Positions 18,735 through 28,843 of a stretch of 64,000 nucleotides of DNA are shown here, piece after piece. Position numbers and translations under genes: made by a program. Origin of the DNA: Bacteriovoracaceae bacterium (GTDB lineage: Bacteria > Bdellovibrionota > Bacteriovoracia > Bacteriovoracales > Bacteriovoracaceae); the NCBI GenBank assembly GCA_947451425.1, contig CANGAC010000001.1, positions 482 to 64,481 on the forward strand. Direction: 5' to 3'. The notes under the pieces are model-generated. The model was not told the DNA's origin, ran no database searches, and saw only the letters and a list, made by a program, of their open reading frames with translations. Positions within the stretch are counted from its first letter, which is position 1. The number at the start of each line of letters is the position of its first letter.

Positions 18735-18972
18735 TGACGTGAATCTGGTCGATGAGATGAAGGATAACCGGGACGGCCTCTTCATTCACACCGAGGACAT
18801 CGATCAGGTCTGAAATGAGCTTTAACCGGTGAATGTCTTCATCATCGAGAAGCATTTGCTCCTGATCCATGGGAACAATCCATTCTTCCTCGATGAAGTG
18901 GTTCACTTTCTCAATACTAAGCCCACAAATTTCGCACGCTTCATTGAGCGATACGCGCATCAGTGTTTTCAT
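18706..18972 (-). CDS. cbpM: Chaperone modulator CbpM (MerR-like HTH)
   Basis: 'L..DL...LGVNEEAV.VIL.L.DQI'; directly downstream of the DnaJ-class gene. Confidence 0.8.
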   Translation of the reverse strand: MKTLMRVSLNEACEICGLSIEKVNHFIEEEWIVPMDQEQMLLDDEDIHRLKLISDLIDVLGVNEEAVPVILHLIDQIHVIKTYRQDNG

Positions 18973-19850
18973 ACGACCCTCCGTGGATCATAACCATATT
19001 TCTGGGAGAGATCCTTAAGCGATGCCTGAAGGTCAGGGTTGATCGTTTTCGGCATGACAACTTTGAGGGTTACGATCTGATTCCCGCGACTGTCTCCAGA
19101 GCCCACACCTTTCCCTTTGATCCGAAGCTTGGAACCAGTACTCACTCCTGCGGGAACCTTCAAGAGAACGTTTCCGTCGAGGGTGGGGACGGAGATTTCT
19201 CCGCCGACAGCTGCTTCAAAGAAGCTGATTTCTACTTCTGAGAGGATGTCAGTGCCTGATCTCTTGTAGTGAGAGTCTGGTTTGATTTTGATTTCGATCA
19301 GGACATCGTTTCCGTTTTTTCCCATGCCCTTGAACTTGAGTTTCTTTCCTTCTTCGATACCCGCGGGGATTTTCACCTGGAGGTTTTTTCCGGAAGGGAT
19401 GGTGATGACTTTGTCACCACCGATGGCCGCTTCCTTGAAATCCACTTCCATCTGATATTGCTCTACCTGTGGACCCCGATCGCGCTTTCCGGCCCCTCCG
19501 AAGAATTGGGAGAAAATATCCTCCATATCCGGATCGTTCTCGAAGCTTTGTGAGTACCGACTATGAGGACCCTGCGTGTCCCGATAAAAGCGCTGATTAC
19601 CAGCGTTCTTCATTTGTTCTTCGTACTTGGCCCGCTGCTGATCTTCCGTTTCACCGCGATCGTATTTCCCGCGTTCCTCTGCAGTTCCGATGAGATCAAA
19701 GGCGTGAGATATTTCTTTGAATTTTTTTTCTGAGTCTTTATTCCCCGGATTGATATCCGGATGATACTTCTTCGCGAGTTTTCGATAGGCCTTCTTGATT
19801 TCATCGAGGGTCGCGGTGGTCGCGACCCCCAGCGTTTCGTACGGATTCAT
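18969..19850 (-). CDS. cbpA: DnaJ class B chaperone (CbpA-like)
   Basis: J-domain 'KKYHPD'; C-terminal DnaJ domains; no zinc finger. Confidence 0.85.
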   Translation of the reverse strand: MNPYETLGVATTATLDEIKKAYRKLAKKYHPDINPGNKDSEKKFKEISHAFDLIGTAEERGKYDRGETEDQQRAKYEEQMKNAGNQRFYRDTQGPHSRYSQSFENDPDMEDIFSQFFGGAGKRDRGPQVEQYQMEVDFKEAAIGGDKVITIPSGKNLQVKIPAGIEEGKKLKFKGMGKNGNDVLIEIKIKPDSHYKRSGTDILSEVEISFFEAAVGGEISVPTLDGNVLLKVPAGVSTGSKLRIKGKGVGSGDSRGNQIVTLKVVMPKTINPDLQASLKDLSQKYGYDPRRVV

Positions 19851-20533
19851 TAAGATAGTGCTCTTTTCTCCTGACTGTCATTGCCAGTCCGAAGGTTTGC
19901 TACGTTATCCTTAGCTTGTATCCGGATGCGGTTATGGACGTCTATGACGCCGCTCAGGTTTTCAATACATTCTTCTGCTGACCTTTTCGCGTCACGACTC
20001 TCGACGGTTCCGGAAAGCGTCACTACGCCTTCTTTTACATCGACTTCAATCTCTGAAGCGTCGACGTGGTAATCGCGATAGAGTGCTTCTGAAACATCGT
20101 CCTTGATCCGGTCATCGGATCTCTTCCATCCCTTAGGTCCCTTACCAAAAAATCCTCCGCTCGTGTTACGGTTATAGCGCCCATACTGATTGCGGTCTCT
20201 TTCTGACGTGAAACTCTCATTCCACATTGAACCTTCTGACTTGCGATTGTCATTGAAATAATCCTGTCGCGCATTCTGTCTTGAGCTGAAGTCACGGTCA
20301 TTGTCAGACGCACGTTGAGAAGTAGGACGGTTCCTCTGAGCTTGCATAGGAGGTCCTGGGCGACGGTTTCTGAAATCGCTTTTGCTATTCCATTCCGATC
20401 CCGTGTCACTAAAATCATCGTCATAGAACTGTTGCTCTTCTCCGTATCCTCTGCCGCTGGTGAAGTCGCGGGATTCACTTCCTTCGTTCCTGCCAAAAAT
20501 TCTGTCCATATAATTTCTTCCTCGATTTGCCAT
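19850..20533 (-). CDS. BON-domain protein with long disordered N-terminus
   Basis: 'GKGPKGWKRSDDRIKDDV...VDASEIEVDVKEGVVTLSGTV...GVIDVHNRI'. Confidence 0.88.
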   Translation of the reverse strand: MANRGRNYMDRIFGRNEGSESRDFTSGRGYGEEQQFYDDDFSDTGSEWNSKSDFRNRRPGPPMQAQRNRPTSQRASDNDRDFSSRQNARQDYFNDNRKSEGSMWNESFTSERDRNQYGRYNRNTSGGFFGKGPKGWKRSDDRIKDDVSEALYRDYHVDASEIEVDVKEGVVTLSGTVESRDAKRSAEECIENLSGVIDVHNRIRIQAKDNVANLRTGNDSQEKRALS

Positions 20534-20620
20534 ACTGACTCCTTGGTAAAAACCTGAAGGAATTTTTTCAAAGAAAGTGGCTGAGGTAAATGAAGGGAGG
20601 GTTAAGGAAGACCGAGAATG

Positions 20621-22963
20621 TTACTTAGGTTCGAGAGGAATCGCCGGTTGTTTATTGGTTGTCCGATAAACTGTAGCGAGTTTACAGGCGGATGGATAGT
20701 TCATACAGGCCTTAGTCAGGTAAGGAACTATCTCTTTATTGGCCATGCGTTTATGTTGCATGTTTCGCGCGAGGTGATAGCAGCCAACGTTATCTTTCAA
20801 TTGATTGCACGCACGATCGAAGAAGATCCCGGATTTTTCGATTTGTCCTGATTTTTCTGAAAAGAGACCAGCCTTCGTGCATCCCTGACCCGATTGGAGA
20901 TCGCAGGAAACATCATACAGAAGAATTGCTTTGTCCTGGTCTCCTGATCGATTGAGGAAGTCTCCCGCTTCTAAACAAGCTGTTTTTCCACCAAGGGCAC
21001 AGGCAATTGAATAGTGATTAATACTTTTGTCTGAAGTTCCTTTCATCCGGTAAAGAAACCCAAGGCCCGCATTCACAGGAATACTGGCTGGACGGTCCAC
21101 CAGGATATTCTCCAGGTACGAAATTGCTTCATCCTGATTCTGCTTTTGTTTTTCATACGCAATCAGAGTCATAATGTTTTCCCGCTGATCATTACAGTCT
21201 TTCTGTGCGGGATTCATCTGAAGACATTTTTCCACTGTCTTCAATGATTCATCTAATTTCTTATCTTCTTCCAGAAGTTTTGAATAGTTCAGGAGATCGG
21301 TGGGATAGATCCTGGATGAAGAGAAAAGTGTCTCAAAATCTTTCTTCGCATTTTCCTTGTCACCAGTGTGATGGAGAATGTGAATGCGATAGCGAAGATA
21401 GTTCTGCATGGCGGGAGATTTTGGATCCAGGGTGTTTGCTGCTTCCAGGTACTCGAGGGACTTTTTGTAATCCACATGGAGGTCTTTTACATACTCCAGG
21501 AGGGCAAGTACCTGGGGGTTCTGTTCTTTTGTTTTGAGGTCTTCAGAGATCTTAAGAACACTTGTCTTATCGTCCCGGGCCTTCGCAATTTCCAGTTTCA
21601 AAAGTAAGGAGAGCTTGTGATCCGGATTTTTTTTGGCGGCTTCTTCAGCATACTGAATGGCGTTTCCCAGGATCGTCGGATCGTATTCATCAGGGGAAAT
21701 GACCGCATCACTTAGCGAAACTCTCGCCTTTAGGAGAGCGAAGAGTGGATCATCACGAAGCTCATTTTCTTTCAAAGTCATAAGGTCTTTCACGGCCTGA
21801 ACACGATCCTCATTTCCAAAGACAACGGCATAGAAAGCTTCTTCGAACATTTTATCTTTCGGGAGTGCTAACCATGCCTCAACGTATTCCTTCCGGATCA
21901 AAGACTGCGCCGATAATTCTTCGGCTGATTTGAAGGCATCTTGTTTGTCGATGCGCATGAGATAGAAATCCCCTTCGCGCTTGATGTTCTTTGCAAAAGA
22001 CATCTGCCTGAGGGCCAGAGTACGAGCTTCTGAACGTCGCACTTCTTTTGCTGCTGAAAACAGGAAGCGGATCTTTTCACTGTTCGAAATACTCGCTTCC
22101 TTTTCCTGTGAGAGAAGAAGCATGTTTACCCTGGGCTCAATATAGGCATCCAGAAGTTCGGTGGGGAATTTAATTAGTCCTGAGCCAATTCTCAAATCCT
22201 GCTTATTAAGATTCGATTTCTGTATGCTCCATCTTACTTCGACCGGTTTATTGTTGAATTTGGAATTTAAATTGATTTCCATCGGGTCAACGCCCTTGAA
22301 GGAAACAGATGGATTATTTATTGTCACTTCATCGAGAGTGAGGGTTTTGGCACTGATCCGGAAGTGGTGCTGTTCCCCGGGGATTTCTACAACCATTCCT
22401 GAACTCTTGAAAAGATAGTTCACCATCTTCGCTTCTACATTGGAAATGTTGAGCTTTAAGAAGCCGTCGCGCCCATAAGTTCCATTCAACTCGCCGAAGC
22501 GAAGACTCATGCTCGGGACTTCGTAATTAAACGGGGGAATCGAAATGGATACGTCATCGCTTCCGACAGTGAATTTTACGAGAATGTCTGAAGAGAGAAA
22601 CTCCATGCCCAGGCCGTTATCACCAACTTTTAATTCAATGGCGCCAGAATGCTCTCCAATCCCCAACTCATGAGTGATGCGATAGACGAGAGGTTTATTG
22701 AGATGGGGAAGGTCACCAAACTTAAATGAGTTCGGACGGGGTTGTGAGGTAATTTTTGTTTTTGCGATCAGTTTAAAATTCTCTAAGTCAAAACTCAGAT
22801 CCAGCGGGGCTTCGGCATTGAAGAGCTCGCGATGAACTTCGTGAATCCGTTCATAGGTAGTGTATCCAAAAAATCCCACCACAAGCAGGATGAGCGCCAT
22901 CACGATTGCGCTTCCCGATTGGGCCCCGACTGGGGTCCTGGAGATTTTCCGGTTATTCTTCAT
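20621..22963 (-). CDS. Membrane-anchored TPR/Sel1-repeat protein with pilin-like N-terminus
   Basis: 'QSGSAIVMALILLVVG'; TPR helices; C-terminal Cys-paired Sel1 repeats (ACALGGKTAC, SCDLQSGQGC, ACNQLKDNVGC). Confidence 0.7.
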   Translation of the reverse strand: MKNNRKISRTPVGAQSGSAIVMALILLVVGFFGYTTYERIHEVHRELFNAEAPLDLSFDLENFKLIAKTKITSQPRPNSFKFGDLPHLNKPLVYRITHELGIGEHSGAIELKVGDNGLGMEFLSSDILVKFTVGSDDVSISIPPFNYEVPSMSLRFGELNGTYGRDGFLKLNISNVEAKMVNYLFKSSGMVVEIPGEQHHFRISAKTLTLDEVTINNPSVSFKGVDPMEINLNSKFNNKPVEVRWSIQKSNLNKQDLRIGSGLIKFPTELLDAYIEPRVNMLLLSQEKEASISNSEKIRFLFSAAKEVRRSEARTLALRQMSFAKNIKREGDFYLMRIDKQDAFKSAEELSAQSLIRKEYVEAWLALPKDKMFEEAFYAVVFGNEDRVQAVKDLMTLKENELRDDPLFALLKARVSLSDAVISPDEYDPTILGNAIQYAEEAAKKNPDHKLSLLLKLEIAKARDDKTSVLKISEDLKTKEQNPQVLALLEYVKDLHVDYKKSLEYLEAANTLDPKSPAMQNYLRYRIHILHHTGDKENAKKDFETLFSSSRIYPTDLLNYSKLLEEDKKLDESLKTVEKCLQMNPAQKDCNDQRENIMTLIAYEKQKQNQDEAISYLENILVDRPASIPVNAGLGFLYRMKGTSDKSINHYSIACALGGKTACLEAGDFLNRSGDQDKAILLYDVSCDLQSGQGCTKAGLFSEKSGQIEKSGIFFDRACNQLKDNVGCYHLARNMQHKRMANKEIVPYLTKACMNYPSACKLATVYRTTNKQPAIPLEPK

Positions 22964-23057
22964 AGGGTTCTACTCGACAGGATAAGGGCACCTGATGACT
23001 TAAGATCCTAAAGTTTTCCTGTAGAGGAAGGCGGTGTAAGGCTATGGAATTAGATGC

Positions 23058-23783
23058 CTAGGCGGCCCATTCAAAACGATAAAAGACGTTTTCTTTGTTC
23101 TTGAGGAGGAGATACCACTCTTCCCGGCTCCTTTTGGAGGCTGAGAGCCATTCATCGATGTATTTTTCCCTGAGAAAGATAGGGCACCGATCATGTCCGC
23201 GTTCGGCCACTTCAGGGGGTGGATCGTCTGTGATCAGCGCAAATGAGTAAAAGCCAAGAGTCTTCTCGGGATTTTCCCAATAGTCCCAAAGGCAAGGTGC
23301 CCACATGATCTCCCGATTTTCCGGTAGAAAACTTACGAGCTTTTTTTTCTCGTCATGTTCGACCCATTCAAAAAATCTCACGAAAGGAAAGAGGCCATGT
23401 TGCCTGGTGAAAAGTTTCTGCCAGGTCTGTCTTGTTTCAAGTGAGTCGATACGGGCATTGAAGACATTATACTTTGCCGGAATTTCTTCTTTCGAGTTTG
23501 CTGGGCGGACTCGGTAGCGCATTCTCTTGAAGACACGTTTTCCATTTTCATGAACCATGACCCAGGTGAAGTATCCGGGAAAGATTCTATTGTCTGTGCC
23601 AGGTGTTTTGAAAAAGTTTGAGCGTGGCTTTCTGGGGAGATGAAGGGCTTCTTTCAGAAAATTCAGGTCAGAAGATTTTTTTGTGAGTTCCTGAAAATAA
23701 ATGTCATCTGCAACAGATATTTCTGCCTGAAATCTTTCCATGAGCTTCTGGAGATTCGCCTGGACTTCGGCAGAGTAACACAT
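23058..23783 (-). CDS. SRAP (YedK/HMCES-like) abasic-site processing protein
   Basis: N-terminal 'MC', 'FNAR.DSL', 'FFEW', 'GHDRCP'. Confidence 0.9.
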   Translation of the reverse strand: MCYSAEVQANLQKLMERFQAEISVADDIYFQELTKKSSDLNFLKEALHLPRKPRSNFFKTPGTDNRIFPGYFTWVMVHENGKRVFKRMRYRVRPANSKEEIPAKYNVFNARIDSLETRQTWQKLFTRQHGLFPFVRFFEWVEHDEKKKLVSFLPENREIMWAPCLWDYWENPEKTLGFYSFALITDDPPPEVAERGHDRCPIFLREKYIDEWLSASKRSREEWYLLLKNKENVFYRFEWAA

Positions 23784-24868
23784 CAGAGGATGCCCTCAAG
23801 AATCGTGAGGTTTTTATGATTATCAAACTTCGCCGCAAGAATCCGTTCATTGGCCGTTTGAAAAACATTTCTTTTCTCTGGGTGGGCCAGGAGTTCAAGA
23901 ACGTACTTCTTGAGTTCATGAACTTCAAAAGGTTTTGCCAGATAGCCATTCACCCCGTGCTGGATGATCTCCGGATTGGAGCTGATATCAAAAGCAATAC
24001 AGGGAACTCCATGCTGGATAGTTTCGATGAGAGTGTTCGCAGCGCCTTCGAATTTTGAGGGAAAGACAAAGATATCCAGAGAATTAAAAAAACCAGTCAT
24101 GTCATCCACGTGCCCAAGAAGTTTCACTTCTTTTTCCAGGTTTCGGGATGAAATAAGATTGGTGAGTTCATTTCGAAGTTCTCCTTCACCTGCGATCAGC
24201 ATGCGAAAGGAAACATTTTCTTTTTTTAGTTCGGCTGCCAGATCAATCAGGTATTTCTGGCCTTTCTGATCTGTGAGTCTTCCGGCATTCCCGATGATGA
24301 GTTCATTGCTCTCATGGGGAAAAGTTTTTTCATGATGAGGAGAGGATTTAGCTTCGATGCCGTTATAAATGAGCTTCAATTTGTCTTTCGGGAACCATTC
24401 TTCATTTCTCTCAACGAGACTTCTTCCGATCTCTTCAGAGTTCACGACAACATGAGTGAGAACCTTCCGGAAAAGAAAGCGGTTCAATGCCGTATTCCGC
24501 AGAGGGTGAGGCATTCCTCTTCTATAAATGATCGTCTTAATCCCGGCGAGTTTGGCGGCGAGCCCTGCAAGTTTCAGGTCGGCCGGAAGATTCAGGATAA
24601 TGGCATCAACTTTTTTTGCCTTGAAGAAAGCGGCCATGGTGGCAATCTTAATCGGGTTCAGAAAACTGATGTTATTGACCGAGAATGCGTAGACGAGAAG
24701 TTTTTCCAGTCTGGCTTTTTGATAGAGTTGCGAGCCCTGATTCGTCACAAGAATAGAATGAAATCCTCTGCGATTCATTTCCCTTGCAGTCGTCAGATGC
24801 CACTTTTCCCCACCGCCCCAGGCGCGATTGGTATTAAAAAAACAGATCGTTTTACTAGTTGTGGCCAT
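23783..24868 (-). CDS. Glycosyltransferase family 4
   Basis: 'WGGGE', 'GRLTDQKG', 'DIFVFPSKFEG....IE'. Confidence 0.9.
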   Translation of the reverse strand: MATTSKTICFFNTNRAWGGGEKWHLTTAREMNRRGFHSILVTNQGSQLYQKARLEKLLVYAFSVNNISFLNPIKIATMAAFFKAKKVDAIILNLPADLKLAGLAAKLAGIKTIIYRRGMPHPLRNTALNRFLFRKVLTHVVVNSEEIGRSLVERNEEWFPKDKLKLIYNGIEAKSSPHHEKTFPHESNELIIGNAGRLTDQKGQKYLIDLAAELKKENVSFRMLIAGEGELRNELTNLISSRNLEKEVKLLGHVDDMTGFFNSLDIFVFPSKFEGAANTLIETIQHGVPCIAFDISSNPEIIQHGVNGYLAKPFEVHELKKYVLELLAHPEKRNVFQTANERILAAKFDNHKNLTILEGIL

Positions 24869-24876
24869 AAATTATT

Positions 24877-25365
24877 CTATAGGTTTTGGGGAGTTTTCAC
24901 CAATCTTCTGAAGGTCCAGCCATCATGACGTTCTTCTTCCAGGGTTTCCCATGAATACTGGAGAAATTCAGGAAAGAAGGCATCCGCCGGGCCTTGATAA
25001 TCGATCTCACTCCATAAGAATTCTGAAAGATACGGAAGTGCGAGTTGGTAAATCTCGGCTCCGCCAATGACATAGACTTTATCCGCACCATCACTGGCGG
25101 CAAGTGCCAGGGCTTCTTTTATTGATGTCACCGTCTGCGCCGTGGAAGTTTTGTAGTCCTTATTTCGAGTCAGGATATAGGGAATGGTGTGATCTATATC
25201 CCCATCATGGCTTTCAAAGTTTTTCCGTCCAATGAGCACATGCTGACCGAGGACAGTTTCCTGAAAATGCTCGTACTCCTTTGGAATACTCCAGGGAAGA
25301 TCGTTCTTAAGGCCAATTTCCCGGTTTTTCCCGAGTGCAGCAATAGCTATGAGTTTTACATTCAT
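24877..25365 (-). CDS. folA: Dihydrofolate reductase
   Basis: 'IG..NDLPW', 'IGRKNFES', 'VIGGAEIY', 'DAFFP'. Confidence 0.95.
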   Translation of the reverse strand: MNVKLIAIAALGKNREIGLKNDLPWSIPKEYEHFQETVLGQHVLIGRKNFESHDGDIDHTIPYILTRNKDYKTSTAQTVTSIKEALALAASDGADKVYVIGGAEIYQLALPYLSEFLWSEIDYQGPADAFFPEFLQYSWETLEEERHDGWTFRRLVKTPQNL

Positions 25366-25406
25366 TTGCCCCGATTATAAGATGGTTCCAACCTGAAGGA
25401 TAGAGT

Positions 25407-26384
25407 ATGCGCATTCTGATTACAGGGGGAGCTGGCTACATTGGCTCTCACGTCGTTAAGGCCCTGGGAAAACTCGGTCACGAGATTACCATTGTCGATA
25501 ATCTTTCGACCGGATTCCAGAAAGCTGTGACATTCGGGAAGCTGATCGTGGCCGATCTTTCTGATCGCTCGAAAATGGAAGACATTTTCTCGACCGGTAA
25601 CTTCGAAGCCGTCGTTCATTTTGCCGGCAGTATCGTGGTTCCTGAGAGTGTCGCCGAGCCACTTCGCTACTACCAAAATAACACGATCAATTCTCACTCT
25701 GTGATGACTCTTTGTGAGAAATACCGAGTGAAGAATTTCATTTTTTCTTCCACGGCAGCTGTTTACGGCATGCCGGGTGATGGGGTCTGCCGTGAGGACA
25801 GTGAAAAAAAACCTATCAATCCCTATGGCCAATCCAAGCTCATGACGGAACACATGTTGAGAGACCTCGCATTCTCGAATAAAAATTTTCATTACGTTGC
25901 CCTCAGGTACTTCAACGTTTCAGGTGCTGATCCTGAAGGACAAATTGGACAGTCTTTTCCCAAGGCCACGCATCTCATCAAGGCAGCTTGTGAAGCGGCC
26001 ACGGGAAAGAGAACGCACATGGATCTTTTTGGAACGGACTATCCGACAAAAGATGGGACTTGTGTCCGCGATTACATTCACGTCTCCGATCTGGCTGAAG
26101 CTCATGTGAAGGCCCTTGAGTATCTTGAAAAGGGTGGAGAATCTCAGGCGTTGAACTGCGGTTATGGACACGGCTTCAGTGTGAAAGAAGTCATCTCACG
26201 GGTTAAAGAAATTACAGGTGTGAATTTTAAAGTGAACGAACTCCCGAGACGTCCCGGAGATCCGGCGAGCCTCACTGCTGAGTCTTCAAGACTCATCCAG
26301 CTCACGGGCTGGAAACCGAAGTTTGATGATCTTAATCTCATCATCAAATCTGCCTACGAGTGGGAAAAGAACCGGCCCTACTAA
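25407..26384 (+). CDS. galE: UDP-glucose 4-epimerase
   Basis: 'TGGAGYIGSH', 'FSSTAAVYG', 'PYGQSK', 'DGTCVRDYIHV'. Confidence 0.97.
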   Translation: MRILITGGAGYIGSHVVKALGKLGHEITIVDNLSTGFQKAVTFGKLIVADLSDRSKMEDIFSTGNFEAVVHFAGSIVVPESVAEPLRYYQNNTINSHSVMTLCEKYRVKNFIFSSTAAVYGMPGDGVCREDSEKKPINPYGQSKLMTEHMLRDLAFSNKNFHYVALRYFNVSGADPEGQIGQSFPKATHLIKAACEAATGKRTHMDLFGTDYPTKDGTCVRDYIHVSDLAEAHVKALEYLEKGGESQALNCGYGHGFSVKEVISRVKEITGVNFKVNELPRRPGDPASLTAESSRLIQLTGWKPKFDDLNLIIKSAYEWEKNRPY

Positions 26385-27091
26385 TGAAAAAAAAAGCAGT
26401 CGTCGTACATTCCGGTGGCATGGATTCAAGCTTGTGCCTGGCTCTCGCGGTAAAGGAATTCGGAGCGCAAAACGTTCTTTCAATTTCTTTTGACTACGAC
26501 CAACGCCATTCGGTGGAACTGAAAAGAGCACGTGAGATCTCAAAACATTTCGGTGTTGATCATGCTGAATTGAATCTCAGCTGTCTTTCTCAAATCACCG
26601 AATCAGCTCTCATTGGAAAAGATAAACCTATTGAGCACAAAAAAGGTGAAGCCCCGAATACTCTGGTGCCGGGGAGAAACGGTCTTATGGCGAGACTCTC
26701 AGGAATTCATGCGAACTCCTTGGGGGCACATTTCATTTATATGGGTGTGATGGAACTAGAGGCGGCGAATTCAGGATATCGTGATTGCTCACGCGCCTAT
26801 ATGGATCTGATTCAATCGGCCCTCCGGATGGATTTTTCCGACCCGACTTTTGAGATTCGCACTCCACTCGTAAATATGACGAAGAGAGATTCCATGGAAC
26901 TGGGATTCAATCTGGGAGTTCTCGAGTTTCTCCTTGAGACAACCATCACTTGTTACGAGGGAATTCCTAAAGAAGGTTGTCTCAAATGTCCGTCCTGTAA
27001 ACTCAGGAATGAAGGTCTTTTAATCTACACTCTCGAACATCCTGAAATAGAGTACTCCTACAAAAATAAAATCCTCAATCTGATCGCCTGA
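26384..27091 (+). CDS. queC: 7-cyano-7-deazaguanine synthase
   Basis: 'SGGMDS', 'Y.QRH..E', 'VPGRN', 'GYRDC', 'CY.G....C..CPSC.LR'; TAATG coupling with galE. Confidence 0.95.
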   Translation: MKKKAVVVHSGGMDSSLCLALAVKEFGAQNVLSISFDYDQRHSVELKRAREISKHFGVDHAELNLSCLSQITESALIGKDKPIEHKKGEAPNTLVPGRNGLMARLSGIHANSLGAHFIYMGVMELEAANSGYRDCSRAYMDLIQSALRMDFSDPTFEIRTPLVNMTKRDSMELGFNLGVLEFLLETTITCYEGIPKEGCLKCPSCKLRNEGLLIYTLEHPEIEYSYKNKILNLIA

Positions 27092-27116
27092 GTGGCGTCA
27101 GTGCTATGATCATCTA

Positions 27117-27989
27117 ATGGCAAGTCTCAAGCAGTTTTTCTTCGCACATTTGTATGCGCCATTGTTCTGGGCCGGATTCGTATTACCCGTGATTCTTGCT
27201 GGGCCTCGGGATCCGCGTGAGTCGCCGATGATCTTTTTCCTCCTGGGGGCCATTCTTGTTTCCTTCCTTGCTGAGCGGATCTCTCCCTTTAATGCCGATT
27301 GGAATCGAAACAAGAATGATGGCGTTCGTGATTTTTTTCACGCCGTTGTAAATCATCTGACGATGATCGGCTTCATGACAGCTGTTTACTATCTTTTCGA
27401 CGTCATCAAAATTCCCACTCTGCAAGTCTGGCCCCGAACCTGGCCTTTCTTTGTCCAGGTTATGTTGGCATTGTTAATCGCGGATGCTCTCATGACGTTT
27501 GCTCATTACATCAGCCATCGGAATGAATTTTTGTGGAGGCTTCACTCTGTTCATCACTCAGTGAAACGTGTTTACGCTTTTAATGGGTTGATGAAACATC
27601 CGGTGCATAAATTCTTCGAAGCGTCCTGCGGATTCATTCCTTTGTTTCTTCTCGGCATGCCGGTCTGGTTAGGTTTTTTCACCGGGTACGTAGCAGCGAT
27701 TCATTTCTTCCTATCACACGCTAATGTGAACATGAAAAATCGCTTTCTTTCCAAGTCGCTTGCATTGGCGTCTGTTCATCGTTTCCATCATCTTCAGAAG
27801 CGGAGATCCGCCGTGAACTATGGAATCATGTTTAATTTCTGGGATATGATGCTGGGAACTTTTCATGATGATCCGAAGGCTGTCCTGGTGACAGAAGAAT
27901 TGGGAATCCGCGATTATCCTGATTATCCGGATGACTATCTCTCGCAAATGATTATTCCCTTTCGCGGATGGAGGAGTAAGAGCGAATGA
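27117..27989 (+). CDS. Fatty acid hydroxylase/sterol desaturase family protein (paralog 1)
   Basis: His boxes HYISH, HSVHH, HAN, HRFHH; 'NYG....WD..LGTF'. Confidence 0.9.
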   Translation: MASLKQFFFAHLYAPLFWAGFVLPVILAGPRDPRESPMIFFLLGAILVSFLAERISPFNADWNRNKNDGVRDFFHAVVNHLTMIGFMTAVYYLFDVIKIPTLQVWPRTWPFFVQVMLALLIADALMTFAHYISHRNEFLWRLHSVHHSVKRVYAFNGLMKHPVHKFFEASCGFIPLFLLGMPVWLGFFTGYVAAIHFFLSHANVNMKNRFLSKSLALASVHRFHHLQKRRSAVNYGIMFNFWDMMLGTFHDDPKAVLVTEELGIRDYPDYPDDYLSQMIIPFRGWRSKSE

Positions 27990-28843
27990 GAAAACTCATG
28001 TCTCTATTTTATCTTCCGCTTTTTTGGGCTTTTTTTATCCTGCCTCCGCTCTTTCAAGATCCTACTCTTCCCAAAATTATTCCCATGGGGGTGCTTTGCC
28101 TGATCGCGATTGGCGTCTCGTTCTTAGCAGAGTTTTTCTTTCCCTTTCACCGAGACTGGAATCGGAGTCAAAACGATTTCTTTCGGGATTTTCTTTTAAC
28201 GCTGACGAATCATTTCGTGACAGTGGCGATGGTTGCGGTGTTTTATTTTTTGTTTAAAAAACTGAGAGTTCCCACTCTGGATCTTTGGCCACACAAAATA
28301 CCTGTTTGGACACAACTGATCATCGTCTTTGTAGTAGGCGATGCTCTGATGACATTTGCTCATTACCTAAGCCATAAGAGTGATTTCCTTTGGCGGTTTC
28401 ATTCCGTTCATCATTCAGTTAAACGACTGTATGCCTTCAATGGGCTCATGAGACATCCTTTCCATATGGTTTTTCAGGCTTCGTGGGGGCTACTACCGCT
28501 TCTCTTTCTAGGAATGCCTAATTGGATGATCCTCTTCTCTGGTTATTTTTCTACAATCCACTTTCTTCTGAGCCACTTGAATGTTGATATGAAACTGGGG
28601 ATATTCTCTCGTGTTTTTGCCTTCGCACCGGTGCACCGGCTGCACCATCGGCCTGTTCGGACGAAAGCTGTCAATTACGGAGTTACGCTTTCCATTTGGG
28701 ATGTCATATTCGGGACCTTTGAAAATGAGAAGGCCATTGGAAGTCACGAGCTTGGGATAGGTGACTACGCGAACTATCCCAAGGGATACTTCGGACTCTT
28801 GGTCGTTCCGTTTAAAGGCTGGAAAAAAACTAAGCCTTCTTGA
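27986..28843 (+). CDS. Fatty acid hydroxylase/sterol desaturase family protein (paralog 2)
   Basis: HYLSH, HSVHH, HLN, HRLHH; colinear with paralog 1. Confidence 0.9.
   Translation: MRKLMSLFYLPLFWAFFILPPLFQDPTLPKIIPMGVLCLIAIGVSFLAEFFFPFHRDWNRSQNDFFRDFLLTLTNHFVTVAMVAVFYFLFKKLRVPTLDLWPHKIPVWTQLIIVFVVGDALMTFAHYLSHKSDFLWRFHSVHHSVKRLYAFNGLMRHPFHMVFQASWGLLPLLFLGMPNWMILFSGYFSTIHFLLSHLNVDMKLGIFSRVFAFAPVHRLHHRPVRTKAVNYGVTLSIWDVIFGTFENEKAIGSHELGIGDYANYPKGYFGLLVVPFKGWKKTKPS

Noticed and set aside
23058-24868. Functional link between SRAP and the coupled GT4 (DNA glycosylation idea)
   Set aside because: The GT4 looks like an ordinary LPS-type enzyme, and stop/start overlaps are common throughout this compact window
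26384-27091. queC as part of a 7-deazaguanine DNA-modification or QatC-type defence system
   Set aside because: Canonical-length QueC with no dpd, tgt-like or qat neighbours; coupled to galE, leaving no leader for a preQ1 riboswitch
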